Source: Candidatus Velthaea sp.
GTDB lineage: Bacteria; Vulcanimicrobiota; Vulcanimicrobiia; Vulcanimicrobiales; Vulcanimicrobiaceae
Reading direction: 5' to 3'
DNA: 64,000 nt
Assembly (NCBI GenBank): GCA_050012475.1
Contig: JBEKHC010000039.1
Coordinates: 1-64,000, forward strand
In this document: one piece after another, positions 10,401-20,059 of the stretch
Layout: the number at the start of each line of letters is the position of its first letter
Position numbering within the stretch: position 1 is the first letter of the stretch
Translations under genes and position numbers: made by a program
Notes under the pieces: generated by a model
Told to the model about the DNA's origin: nothing
The model's input: only the letters and a program-made list of their open reading frames with translations
Database searches by the model: none

Positions 10401-12416
10401 GTGTCCGCGCAACTCGTCGCCGTCGCCCTTCTCGTCGCCAGCGCAGGCTTGCTCTGCGCGCTCTGCATTCCCGCAAATATCTCACGCTGGCTCGGATACG
10501 GCGCACTGGCGCTGGCCTCGCTCGCTGCGCTGGGCGGCGCCCTTCACGAATTGAGCGCCGGCAGTTCAACGTCCGTATGGGTGGCGTTAGCGCTCGCCCA
10601 TGCGGTGGTCCGGATCGATGCGACCTCCGCTGCCTTTGTTGCGATCGTCAGCGTCGTTGCGCTCGCCGCGAGCGTCTACGCTTTGGGCGGCAAGGCACGC
10701 GACGAGCGGCATCAAGGCCGCGCCGGTGCCGCTGCGGCGAACCTGATTTGGATCGGCTCGATCATTGTTTGCAGCTCCGGCGACGTGTGGTTCTTGCTCT
10801 TTGGATGGGAACTGGTGGCGCTGGGATTTTATGCTGCCATCGCGTACTCGGGCAACGACGAGTTTGCCGGGGTCGCCGCCTACTATACGCTGGTGATAAC
10901 GCACGTCGCCGGCGCCGGAATCGTCGCCGGACTGCTCGTCTTAGCCAATGCGGCCCATAGCTTGGGGGTCGTGGAGGTTGCTGCGGCGGGCTCCGCGCTC
11001 GAACCGGCGGCCCGGACCGCCATCTTCTTTCTCTTGTTGGCCGGATTTGGAGCGAAGATCGGGCTCTTGCCGCTGCAAGGCTGGCTCCCCTATGGCTATC
11101 CGGCGGCACCCACGGCAATCGCCGCGCTCATGGCCGGCGGTGCGCTCAACGTCGGCTTCTATGGAATCATTCGCTTTCTCATCGGCTTTGGCGGCACCAT
11201 GCCGCTGACGTGGGGACTCGTCGTCGTCATCCTCGGCGCGCTTGGGGCGTTCTTTGGGATCGCTTGGGCTCAAGCGCAGCGCGATGTTCGCCTGCTGGCG
11301 GCCTTCTCGAGCGTCGAGAACGCCGGGCTGATCGTTGTCGTGCTGGGGATCGCACTGGTCGGCCGAAGTGTTGGCCTCCCGCTCTTGGTTGGGCTCGGGC
11401 TTGCCGCGGCGTACGTCCAGATCGCAGCTCATGCATTGGCAAAATCGCTGCTGTTTCTGTGCGCTTCGGGCATCCGCAACGCCGTGGGCACGCTCTCGTT
11501 CGAATCGCTCGGTGGACTCGTGCATCGGCTGCCGCTTCACGCAACCGCGGGGCTCGTCGCCGCGATGTCGCTGGCGGCCCTGCCGCCATTGGGCGGCTTC
11601 ACCGGCGAGTGGCTCGTCCTCGAGTCGTGCATGCAGGGATTCCGAACGGCGAACGCGCCGGCCGAAGTTACGCTGGCTCTCGCCGGCGCGGTGGTCGGCC
11701 TTTCAGCCGGGGTCGCGATTGTCGCATTTGTAAAATTCGTCGGCATCGCTTTGCTCGGAGCCCCGCGCAACGCCGCAGCCGCAACGGCCATTGAGCCTCG
11801 TTCGCCCTTCCAAACGATCGCTCTCGCCGGGCTATCGCTTTCGATCCTCGGCCTCGGGATAGCGACGCCCTGGTATCTGCGAGCACTCACTGCGGCCATC
11901 GACGGCATCGCCCATGCGGATGTCGTCGCTCGGATGACGGCATCGCTGCCGCTCATCCAGCCCACGTTTCCGGGCTTCTCCTCAGCCTCCGGTCTTGGCT
12001 TGGGCGTAACGATCGTGATTGCCGCCTGCGCTTTTGGAATCATCGTCCGCCTGATTCCAAGACCCGCAACCAAAACCGAACAGCCTTGGACGAGCGGCGC
12101 TGCGTACGCCCCCTGGACCCAATACACCGGTACCGGATTTGCAAATCCGACCCGCGTCATCTTGCACGCCGCGGTGCGCACCGTGCGCACAACCTCGGGC
12201 GACGTCTTCGATCCGCACAGCGTGGCAAGTGAATATGACAGCGTCAGCCGTCAATTCTTCGATTTACCCAATGCAATCGCGATCGGAAACGCGTTTTTAA
12301 GTATCGCAGCAATCGTTCGCCGAACGCAGTCGGGCATTATCGCGGCCTATCTCTCATATATCCTGGCATTTGCGCTCGCCGTACTCGTTCTCTATCCCTC
12401 GATTCGGCACTGGTAA
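10401..12416 (+). CDS. hyfB: Proton-conducting antiporter-like subunit (HyfB/HycC-like)
   Basis: FLLFGWEL, GFGAKIGLLPLQGWLP, AFSSVEN, HALAKSLLF, ALPPLGGFTGEW; GTG start 10401 assumed. Confidence 0.85.
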   Translation: MSAQLVAVALLVASAGLLCALCIPANISRWLGYGALALASLAALGGALHELSAGSSTSVWVALALAHAVVRIDATSAAFVAIVSVVALAASVYALGGKARDERHQGRAGAAAANLIWIGSIIVCSSGDVWFLLFGWELVALGFYAAIAYSGNDEFAGVAAYYTLVITHVAGAGIVAGLLVLANAAHSLGVVEVAAAGSALEPAARTAIFFLLLAGFGAKIGLLPLQGWLPYGYPAAPTAIAALMAGGALNVGFYGIIRFLIGFGGTMPLTWGLVVVILGALGAFFGIAWAQAQRDVRLLAAFSSVENAGLIVVVLGIALVGRSVGLPLLVGLGLAAAYVQIAAHALAKSLLFLCASGIRNAVGTLSFESLGGLVHRLPLHATAGLVAAMSLAALPPLGGFTGEWLVLESCMQGFRTANAPAEVTLALAGAVVGLSAGVAIVAFVKFVGIALLGAPRNAAAATAIEPRSPFQTIALAGLSLSILGLGIATPWYLRALTAAIDGIAHADVVARMTASLPLIQPTFPGFSSASGLGLGVTIVIAACAFGIIVRLIPRPATKTEQPWTSGAAYAPWTQYTGTGFANPTRVILHAAVRTVRTTSGDVFDPHSVASEYDSVSRQFFDLPNAIAIGNAFLSIAAIVRRTQSGIIAAYLSYILAFALAVLVLYPSIRHW

Positions 12417-12438
12417 CGGGCGGCGGCAGAACCACGCC

Positions 12439-12560
12439 GTGCCCGCCCGAGGCTATGAGATCACCAAATGCCATCCGCGCGAGTTCATCGCGTCCGGCGA
12501 CTATGTCGTGGCCCTGGTGACCATCGCCGGGCATCCGCGCGAAACGCCGACCGTCGCTCA
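12439..12560 (+). pseudogene. Possible remnant of a SnoaL/NTF2-like gene
   Basis: YEITKCHPREFIASGDYVVALVTIAG resembles the EPREFIAxGDxVVVL segment; no N-terminus. Confidence 0.35.
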
Positions 12561-12606
12561 GAGAACGGTTGACAGGCCGGCTGACATGCTGGTACGGTAA
12601 ACTCCC

Positions 12607-12681
12607 ATGAAAGGTCAGATGATGTGCGCGGTGGTTTGTTGTTGCCCAACTGGGCTCCGGCGACGTTTCGCATTGGACTGA
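12607..12681 (+). CDS. Cys-rich attenuator leader peptide L1 (ssuACB)
   Basis: MKGQMMCAVVCCCPTGLRRRFALD*; TTGACA 12569-12574, TACGGT 12593-12598, ATG 8 nt later. Confidence 0.8.
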   Translation: MKGQMMCAVVCCCPTGLRRRFALD

Positions 12682-12704
12682 CGCCGAGCGTCAACCCGCC
12701 TGTG

Positions 12705-12740
12705 AAGCCCTCGCCCCAGCCGGCCGAGGGCTTTTTTCTT
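12705..12740 (+). terminator. Attenuator terminator L1
   Basis: AAGCCCTCG...CGAGGGCTT followed by TTTTCTT. Confidence 0.8.
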
Positions 12741-12777
12741 TCCCGTCTTTTCGTATGTAATCAAGGAGAATCTCCCA

Positions 12778-13761
12778 ATGAGCCTGGATCGACGCTCCTT
12801 CATCATCGCGGGCGCCGCGGGAACAGCGACGGTGCTGGTGCCGCGAATCGCGCGCGCTGCCGCTCCCGACCGCATCGCGCTCGACTATGCGTATTACAAT
12901 CCCGTCAGCCTCATCCTCAAGCAGAGCGGGTGGCTCGAAGGCGAGCTTGCGAAGCGCAAGACCGGCGTCGATTGGGTACTTTCGCTGGGCTCGAACAAGG
13001 CAAATCAGTTTTTGCAAGCCGGCGCCGTCCAATTCGCCTCGACGGCAGGCAGCGCCGCGTTTCTCGCGCGAGTCAACGGCACGCCGCTGCATACCGTCTT
13101 CCTTTACTCGCAGCCCGAATGGACGGCATTGGTCGTAAGCAAGGACAGCCCCATGGCAACGGTGCGCGATCTCAAGGGCAAAAGAGTCGCTGCGACGCGC
13201 GGAACGGACCCGTGGTTCTTCCTTTTGCGCTCGCTGCGCGAATTCGGGCTGGATGTCGCCGACATTCAACTCGTCGATTTACAACATCCCGATGGCCGCA
13301 TCGCACTCGAACGCGGCCAGGTCGATGCTTGGGCCGGACTCGACCCGCACATGGCGGCCTCGCAACTCGACGCCGGCTCCAAGCTGATCTACCGCAACGT
13401 CGCGTTCAACACGTTCGGTGCGCTCAACGTGCGCGAAGACTTCCTGCAAGCGCAGCCCGGGATCGTCGATGTCGTCCTGCGGGGTTACGACCGCGCTCGC
13501 CAGGCCGCACTCGCGAATCCCGATGCGACCGCGCAAACACTCGCGACCGCATCGAACGTCGAACCGCAAGTCGCGCAACTGGTGATTCGCGAGCGCACGA
13601 AATTCCCTGATCCGACACCCGGCCGCGCATTCGCCGATGCCATCGCCGGCGTCGTCCCGATCGTGCGCGCGGAGCATCTGACCGCCGCCGGCGCCGACCT
13701 CGACGGCGCGGCCGCGACGCTCGCCGAAGCTCGCTACGCCCAGGCAGCCGCAAAAGCGTGA
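12778..13761 (+). CDS. ssuA: Aliphatic sulfonate ABC substrate-binding protein (Tat signal)
   Basis: DRRSF signal, DYAYYNPVSL, GSNKA, DLKGKRVAATRGTDP, DAWAGLDP. Confidence 0.85.
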   Translation: MSLDRRSFIIAGAAGTATVLVPRIARAAAPDRIALDYAYYNPVSLILKQSGWLEGELAKRKTGVDWVLSLGSNKANQFLQAGAVQFASTAGSAAFLARVNGTPLHTVFLYSQPEWTALVVSKDSPMATVRDLKGKRVAATRGTDPWFFLLRSLREFGLDVADIQLVDLQHPDGRIALERGQVDAWAGLDPHMAASQLDAGSKLIYRNVAFNTFGALNVREDFLQAQPGIVDVVLRGYDRARQAALANPDATAQTLATASNVEPQVAQLVIRERTKFPDPTPGRAFADAIAGVVPIVRAEHLTAAGADLDGAAATLAEARYAQAAAKA

Positions 13762-14501
13762 AGTTCGTCGTCCCGATCGCGCTGGTGGTCGCGTGGTTCG
13801 CCGCGACTTCGACGGGCGCGATCAAATCGTACCAACTCGCCTCACCGCAAGCCGTGCTCGTCGAGCTGAACGATCTGGCCTCGCGCGGTCTGCTCTGGAC
13901 GGACCTCGGCGCGAGCCTCGAGCGCGTCGCGACCGGCTTCGCGCTTGCCGCGATGCTCGCGATCGTCCTCGGATCGCTGGTCGGCGCTTCAAGGATCGCG
14001 GAAAAGCTTCTCGATCCGACTTTACAGGCAATACGTTCGGTGCCGTCGCTCGCTTGGGTGCCGTTGTTGCTGTTGTGGCTTGGAATCGGAGAGACGGCGA
14101 AGATTGCGCTGGTCGCAATCGGTGCGTTCTTCCCGATATACGTTGCGCTGGCATCGGCAATCCGCAACGTCGATCGAAAGCTGGTCGAAGTCGCGCGCGT
14201 GCTCGGCGTGCGCGGGTTGCCGTTCATCGCGCGCGTGCTTCTGCCGGCGGCGCTGCCGCAACTGCTGGTCGGCTTGCGGATCGGCTTGACGCAAGCGTGG
14301 CTTTTTCTCGTCGCCGCGGAATTACTCGGCGCCTCGCGCGGTCTGGGATTTTTGCTCACTGACGGCCAGCAAATTGCGCGCACGGATGAGATTCTCGTCG
14401 CGATCCTTGCTTTTGCGATCTGCGGCAAACTCTCGGAGTCCGCAATGCGATTGCTCGAGCGGCGTCTGGTGGGCTGGACCGATACGGTGGTCGCACGTTG
14501 A
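13758..14501 (+). CDS. ssuC: Sulfonate ABC permease
   Basis: SVPSLAWVPL, EAA-like loop, LVAAELLGASRGLG. Confidence 0.85.
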   Translation: MKFVVPIALVVAWFAATSTGAIKSYQLASPQAVLVELNDLASRGLLWTDLGASLERVATGFALAAMLAIVLGSLVGASRIAEKLLDPTLQAIRSVPSLAWVPLLLLWLGIGETAKIALVAIGAFFPIYVALASAIRNVDRKLVEVARVLGVRGLPFIARVLLPAALPQLLVGLRIGLTQAWLFLVAAELLGASRGLGFLLTDGQQIARTDEILVAILAFAICGKLSESAMRLLERRLVGWTDTVVAR

Positions 14502-15169
14502 ACGCGATTACGATTCGCGGCTTAGTGAAGCGCTACGGCGCGCATATCATTTTCGACGGCCTCGATCTCAACGTCGCGCACGGCGAACGGCTGGCCGTGC
14601 TCGGGGCCAGCGGGTGCGGAAAGTCAACGCTTTTGCGCTGTATCGCGGGCCTCGAATCGTGGGAGGGTGGTGAGATCAGCGTCGCCGGCGAGATCGGCTA
14701 CGTTTTCCAGGAGCCCCGGCTGTTCGGTTGGCTCGACGTGGAGCGTAACGTCGCATTCGCGGCCCGGAATGCCGAAGAGAAAGCGCGCGTACCGGAGGTG
14801 CTGGCCCTCGTCGGTTTGACCTCCGCACGGTCCAAGCTGCCCAAGCACCTTTCCGGCGGGATGGCGCAGCGAGCGGCTCTTGCTCGCGCGCTGATCCGCA
14901 AGCCCGAGATATTGCTCTTCGACGAGCCCTTGGCGGCGCTCGACGCGCTCACGCGGCTCGAACTGCGGGCTTCGTTGCGCGAAATCCTGATCCAAGCGCG
15001 CGCTTCTGCCGTGTGGGTAACGCACGACGTCGACGATGCCCTGAGCCTCGCGACCCGCACGATCGTGCTCCAGCGGTCCTCCAATTACGTGCTGGCGGTC
15101 GAACCGGCGCTCGGCGTCGACGTTGGAGTCCGGCGAGCCTTGCTCGCTGCGCTGGGCGTTAGCGCCTAA
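14498..15169 (+). CDS. ssuB: Sulfonate ABC ATP-binding protein
   Basis: GASGCGKST, FQEPRL, LSGGMAQR, DEPLAALD. Confidence 0.85.
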   Translation: MNAITIRGLVKRYGAHIIFDGLDLNVAHGERLAVLGASGCGKSTLLRCIAGLESWEGGEISVAGEIGYVFQEPRLFGWLDVERNVAFAARNAEEKARVPEVLALVGLTSARSKLPKHLSGGMAQRAALARALIRKPEILLFDEPLAALDALTRLELRASLREILIQARASAVWVTHDVDDALSLATRTIVLQRSSNYVLAVEPALGVDVGVRRALLAALGVSA

Positions 15170-15397
15170 CGCGCAAGCACGCGTCCGGCACGACGTCGAC
15201 AGTCGAAGCCGGGAAGCATCATGTCGAACGGAGTGCTCGACGTCGCAACAAGTTTGTTTGTATCCGCGATCGTCGCTGGCGCGACGCTCGCGCTTTCCTC
15301 GAGACGCAAGTGGCGACGCGGCGCAACGAGTGGTGGTCAATCGACTTCGTTGACGACACGTTGTCGATGGACTACCGGTGATGATGAAAAGCCACAA

Positions 15398-15697
15398 CGC
15401 GGTGAGTTTGCTAGTGACAAGATGCTCAAATGGCCCAGCGATCATAACGTCGCGCTGCACTTCATCGATCCCGGCCGTCCTATGCATAATGCAAACGTGG
15501 AGTTTTTTTGGGGACGGCTAAGAGATGAGTTTTTGAACGAACACACCTTTCCGAAAATCTTCTACGACCGCAAGGCGATTGAAGAATGGCGGCGAGATTA
15601 TAACCACCATCGACCTCAGAGCATATTCGATGACTTGACGTCGAGTGCATTCTTGGAGGATCATTTCCGTATCAACCCACCGGAACAAGTGGCCTGA
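15398..15697 (+). mobile_element. Degenerate IS3-family transposase remnant (3' part of integrase core)
   Basis: GEFAS...HFIDPGRPMHNANVEFFWGRLRDEFLNEH...EEWRRDYNHHRPQS; 5' part missing. Confidence 0.75.
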
Positions 15698-15713
15698 GCT
15701 TTGGGGTTGTCTC

Positions 15714-15971
15714 GTGGACGTATCGAACTATCTTATCGCTCTGACATTCATCGCTTTCCCAATCGTTTTGTTGATCTGGGAAATTACTTCGCATGCTGCC
15801 GTACGCCGGCGGCCGCTAAACGCAATTCTGCTTTACTTTGGGCTGGTCTGCGTCGGCCTGGCAATTGTTGTCGACCATTAGCTCATTGCAGTCTACCTGT
15901 TGCGACTTCTCAGCATCGTTGGCTTCGTTCTCATATTATCGGGGTGGTGGCTACGGTCGCGACGTCAGTAA
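15714..15971 (+). pseudogene. Small 3-TM membrane protein interrupted by TAG at 15879-15881
   Basis: Two hydrophobic helices, TAG, then in-frame LIAVYLLRLLSIVGFVLILSGWWLRSRRQ*. Confidence 0.35.
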
Positions 15972-16209
15972 GCGTCTTCTCAAGGCCGTCTTGCGCATGA
16001 CGTCCGTCGCTCAGGATGATGGAGAAAACTGACCATCGATCGCGAGGATTTCATGGCAACAACAGCATCAAAGGCGCGTGCGCTGCATCGCTCCTGGCCG
16101 CCGGCGGAATAGCGGCGAATCGTTGAACTGACGCTGCGCGACCATCGCTCGGCCGCCGGGCGGAAGTCCGACCGGAATCACGCGAGGCTTGCTCGAAAAG
16201 GAGAGCCAC

Positions 16210-17790
16210 ATGGGGAATCGCCGTTCAAGGGTTGTCGCCGCGTGGGCACGACGAATGCTCCGCGCACTTTTCGGTGTCGCTGTTGCCTTCGCGCTCGAGC
16301 GCGGCGCGGTCGGCGCCCACGACGACTCTGTCGACGACAGCACGATGAAGATCGTTTCGCGCAACAGCGAAGCCGCGATTCGTGCCGTCTTGATAAAGTC
16401 GATCTTCGGCAGCACCGTAACGTTGCCGCGCGATATTCAACCGACGCAGACAATCGCATCCTACCACCCGGTTTCGGGTGACGCGCTTCCGCCGGTCATC
16501 GTGGGACTCGACCGTATCGAGAAAGTCATCGTCGAGATGACCGAGCCCCAGGCGAACGGTAACCCGATCACGATCACGTCGACGGCATATATCTATCACC
16601 CTCGGGCGCCAAACGGCGAAATCGTCGTCGTCCATCAAGGTCATAACTGCCACCTCAACGGCCAGGACGACAGCAACATCCCTGCCGTCATCGAAGAGCT
16701 GGTTGCCGGCCACGTTGCGGTCATCGCCATGCGCATGCCGTACTTCCAGTCGCCGTCCGACTGCGGCTCGAGTGCCGACCACAACGCGCTCATGGAACGT
16801 CGCCTAAAGGATGGACGCGGAAGTCCTATCCGTTTCTTTCTCGAGCCCGTCACGCGCGTCATCAACTTCGTGCAGTTGAAATACTCTGGCATCTATCGCA
16901 CCTTTGGCATGATGGGACTCTCGGGCGGTGGCTGGACCACCACCGTGTACGCCGCGATTGATCCCCGCATCACGCGAAGCATCCCGGTGGCTGGATCAAT
17001 ACCGCTCTACCTTCGTGGCCATAGCTACCCCGACGATCGCGAGCAATATATCCAAAGCTTTTACGCGGTGGCTGGCTATAAGGACCTGTACGTCTTAGGC
17101 GCCGATACGCCGAACCGCAGTCAGCTGCAGATCTTGAACCGCTTCGATAACTGTTGCTTTGGTCAGCCCCAAGACACCGTCGGTCCACCGCCATATCTCA
17201 CGGCCGTGAGGCTCTATGCCGACGATGTCCAGGCTGCGCTCAGGCGATTTTCTGGTGGCACCTACAGCCTCTTGGTTAGCGAGACAGCACACTCGCACAA
17301 GATTCCGATCGAGGCCTTTCAGCAGGTCGCTCTTCCGATGCTCGGCGTCGCACCACCGCACGATCTCGAGGACGACGGAACCCAAATGAGCAACATGCAC
17401 GGGTGCGGTGCCGGCAACTTCATGAGGGGCGTTGAGATTGCCGAGAATACGTTTCTCTGCATGAAGGCGGGTCAAACCGAGGCCGGAGTCGTGGACACCG
17501 GGACCGAGCAGACGTTCTCATACGGCGGGCACCCGCATAAGGTCCACGTCTGCCCTGATGGATTGGCGATGCAAGGCTTGCAGGTGGCGCGGAATCAGCT
17601 CTTGTGCACGAAACCGACTCGTCCACTCGTTGCGGCGCCCTTCATCGACCAGCATAGTCAGGCATCCATTCCAACGAGCATCAGCGGTAAGTCCATGCAC
17701 GTGTGTTCGGGACCCGCACGAGACGCGTTGATGATCGGGATTCAGGCAGCGAATAACGTCCTCGTCTGCAAGTCGCTCGTAGGAGCTTGA
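16210..17790 (+). CDS. Putative secreted alpha/beta-hydrolase with three C-terminal Cys repeats
   Basis: AAGGAG RBS, signal-like N-terminus, HQGH, GLSGGG nucleophile elbow, FDNCCF; three HxC...MxG...NxxxC units. Confidence 0.6.
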   Translation: MGNRRSRVVAAWARRMLRALFGVAVAFALERGAVGAHDDSVDDSTMKIVSRNSEAAIRAVLIKSIFGSTVTLPRDIQPTQTIASYHPVSGDALPPVIVGLDRIEKVIVEMTEPQANGNPITITSTAYIYHPRAPNGEIVVVHQGHNCHLNGQDDSNIPAVIEELVAGHVAVIAMRMPYFQSPSDCGSSADHNALMERRLKDGRGSPIRFFLEPVTRVINFVQLKYSGIYRTFGMMGLSGGGWTTTVYAAIDPRITRSIPVAGSIPLYLRGHSYPDDREQYIQSFYAVAGYKDLYVLGADTPNRSQLQILNRFDNCCFGQPQDTVGPPPYLTAVRLYADDVQAALRRFSGGTYSLLVSETAHSHKIPIEAFQQVALPMLGVAPPHDLEDDGTQMSNMHGCGAGNFMRGVEIAENTFLCMKAGQTEAGVVDTGTEQTFSYGGHPHKVHVCPDGLAMQGLQVARNQLLCTKPTRPLVAAPFIDQHSQASIPTSISGKSMHVCSGPARDALMIGIQAANNVLVCKSLVGA

Positions 17791-18291
17791 CGGCCAGAGC
17801 TTCAGCGTGATGGGCCACGGCGCCGCGGCCGCGCAGCGCGGAGAGGAAGAGCGCCTCGCTGACGCGCTCGGTGTGCGCGATGAGTGGCTCCGGCTGCTCC
17901 TGACCTCATGGAGATCGAGCTGCGGTGCTTTTAATGTCTGCCACGATTAGTGCCGTGTTGTCCTTTGGCATCGACTGCAATTGGCGGACGCAGGCGTTTA
18001 CACAATGCAGCGATCAACGCGCGATTCGGGATCGGGATACCTTTCGTTTCAGAAGCCGATATCGAAATGAGCGCGTTGCCGGCGCCGGTGCTGCAAGCGA
18101 CGGAGTGTTGTTTCCCTGCCGTCAACGGCAGTATCGGGAACCGATCGATCGCAAACGCCCGCGGCTTATAGGTGAGGAACGAATGCTCGCAGCGGACGAC
18201 GACGACAACGCTGCGATTGGGAGCAGGTTCCGCTTGCACTGGTCGTGGCGTCGTAGGTTAAGCACGGCGCGCACAGAACTTTCGGGTTCGT

Positions 18292-19692
18292 ATGATTCGT
18301 AAGCGCGTCGTTCTTATCGTTGGCGGCGGTGCGAGCGGAACGCTCCTGGGAAGGGCGCTCGTTGCCGCAGCCGACGACATTGACGTAGCAATCATCGAAC
18401 CACGGGAACGTCTAGGGGCAGGGATGGCGTACTCGACCACCTGCCCCCTGCACTTGCTCAATGTGCCGGCCGCGAAGATGTCCGCTCTGCCCAACGAACC
18501 AACGCACTTCATCGCATGGCTCGCCGCGAACGGCTACGAAAGCTATGACGGTCGGACGTTTGCCCCGCGGCAACTTTACGGAGAGTATCTTGCCGGTCTA
18601 GGCGCGGACGTCCAAGGGCAAGATCCACAGCGGTTTCGCCACGTTCGTGAAACCGCGGTGGCGGCCTCGATAGAACGCTCCGGCGTGGAGGTCGAGTGCA
18701 CCTCAGGCCGGCTCTTGCGGGGCGACTTCCTTGTGCTCGCGTTTGGTAACTCTGCTCCGGCGGCATGGCCGAATGTCTCCGACGAGGCGCGCCATTCGGG
18801 TCGTTTCTTTGCCTCAGCCTGGGAGCCGAACGCTCTGGCCCCAGCCGATCCCGCTGAGGTCGTGCTGCTCTTGGGAACGGGATTAACGGCCGTGGACGCC
18901 GTTCTCGGATTGCGTCACAACGGGCATCGTGGAACCATTTACATGGTCTCCAGGCGAGGGCTTCTTCCGCACGAGCACCGGCTGTTCGATACTCCTCCGG
19001 CGGCCTGCCCCAACGCAAAGAGCGTGGGCGAGCTTTTGACCAAGGTACGGGGTTCGGCACGCGAAGCGAACGATGCGTTCGACAACTGGCGCATTGCGAT
19101 CGACGGAGTTCGACCGAAGACCAATGAGCTTTGGCAGGCATTCTCGCTTGCCGACCAGCGCCGTTTCGCCCGCCACGTCATGCCGTACTGGAACGTGCAT
19201 CGGCACCGGATGGCACCCGAAGCGGCGAAGGCGCTCGCCGATCTCATGGCCGCCGGTTCGCTGCAGATGCTTGCGGGAAGAACCGAGAGCGTGGCGGACG
19301 AGGGACAGGTCCTCAGTGTCTCGATTCGCAGGCGTGGAAGTGATGTGCGGACCCTGATCCAAGCCGCTCGCGTCATCAATTGCAGCGGCCCCGAACACGA
19401 CTTTCAGAAGCTTCCGAACCCGCTCGTTGGCTGCTTGTTCTCCAATGGCTGCATCAGTGCCCATCCACTGGGAATCGGCCTTCGCGTCGCACCCAGCGGA
19501 GCAATGGTCGCGAACGATGGGACGATATCGGCTCGCTTGTTCGCGATCGGTCCCGTCCGCTATGGAACTCTGATCGAGACGACCGCGATTCCGGAGATAC
19601 GGATACAGGCCCAAGAGCTTAGCGAACTTCTAGCTCGCACGGCTCCGGATGCTACGCAGCAAGACACGAAGACGACGCAAATTTGCGGATAA
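18292..19692 (+). CDS. FAD/NAD(P)-binding oxidoreductase (YdhS-like)
   Basis: IVGGGASG, GMAYST, LLNVPAAKMS, GTGLTAVD, SRRGLLP, HRHRMAP, ETTAIPEIR. Confidence 0.8.
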   Translation: MIRKRVVLIVGGGASGTLLGRALVAAADDIDVAIIEPRERLGAGMAYSTTCPLHLLNVPAAKMSALPNEPTHFIAWLAANGYESYDGRTFAPRQLYGEYLAGLGADVQGQDPQRFRHVRETAVAASIERSGVEVECTSGRLLRGDFLVLAFGNSAPAAWPNVSDEARHSGRFFASAWEPNALAPADPAEVVLLLGTGLTAVDAVLGLRHNGHRGTIYMVSRRGLLPHEHRLFDTPPAACPNAKSVGELLTKVRGSAREANDAFDNWRIAIDGVRPKTNELWQAFSLADQRRFARHVMPYWNVHRHRMAPEAAKALADLMAAGSLQMLAGRTESVADEGQVLSVSIRRRGSDVRTLIQAARVINCSGPEHDFQKLPNPLVGCLFSNGCISAHPLGIGLRVAPSGAMVANDGTISARLFAIGPVRYGTLIETTAIPEIRIQAQELSELLARTAPDATQQDTKTTQICG

Positions 19693-19779
19693 GCGCGTCC
19701 AGTCGGACCGTTCCATGCCGCGGCGGTTCGAGCGAGGCGGTATTTGACACGCCTTAGCCGTGAATGGTATAAGCAACTC

Positions 19780-19851
19780 ATGCGTTTAATGGGGCTGTCC
19801 GCTGGCTGGTGTACGAGCTGCGCACGACAGGTTGACAGCGATCGCTTCTAG
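19780..19851 (+). CDS. Cys-containing attenuator leader peptide L2 (cbs)
   Basis: MRLMGLSAGWCTSCARQVDSDRF*; TTGACA 19744-19749, TATAAG 19768-19773, ATG 6 nt later. Confidence 0.7.
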   Translation: MRLMGLSAGWCTSCARQVDSDRF

Positions 19852-19885
19852 TCCGGCGTGGCGGACCCGACGGGTCCGTGTTCCC

Positions 19886-19922
19886 AGAAAGCCTCTCGCT
19901 GCGCCGAGAGGCTTTCTGTTTT
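19886..19922 (+). terminator. Attenuator terminator L2
   Basis: Perfect 13-bp stem AGAAAGCCTCTCG/CGAGAGGCTTTCT then GTTTT. Confidence 0.8.
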
Positions 19923-20059
19923 CTACAGTTGGGAGTTACCAGCGTGCCGCTTCAATCGATCACGAGCCGAACGCTTCAGGAGAAGCGCCTACGATCGGCA
20001 CGGCTTGTACAACGCTCAGCGCGGTCGGCATTTCGCCGGCTCGAAGGCGCGCAATATCA

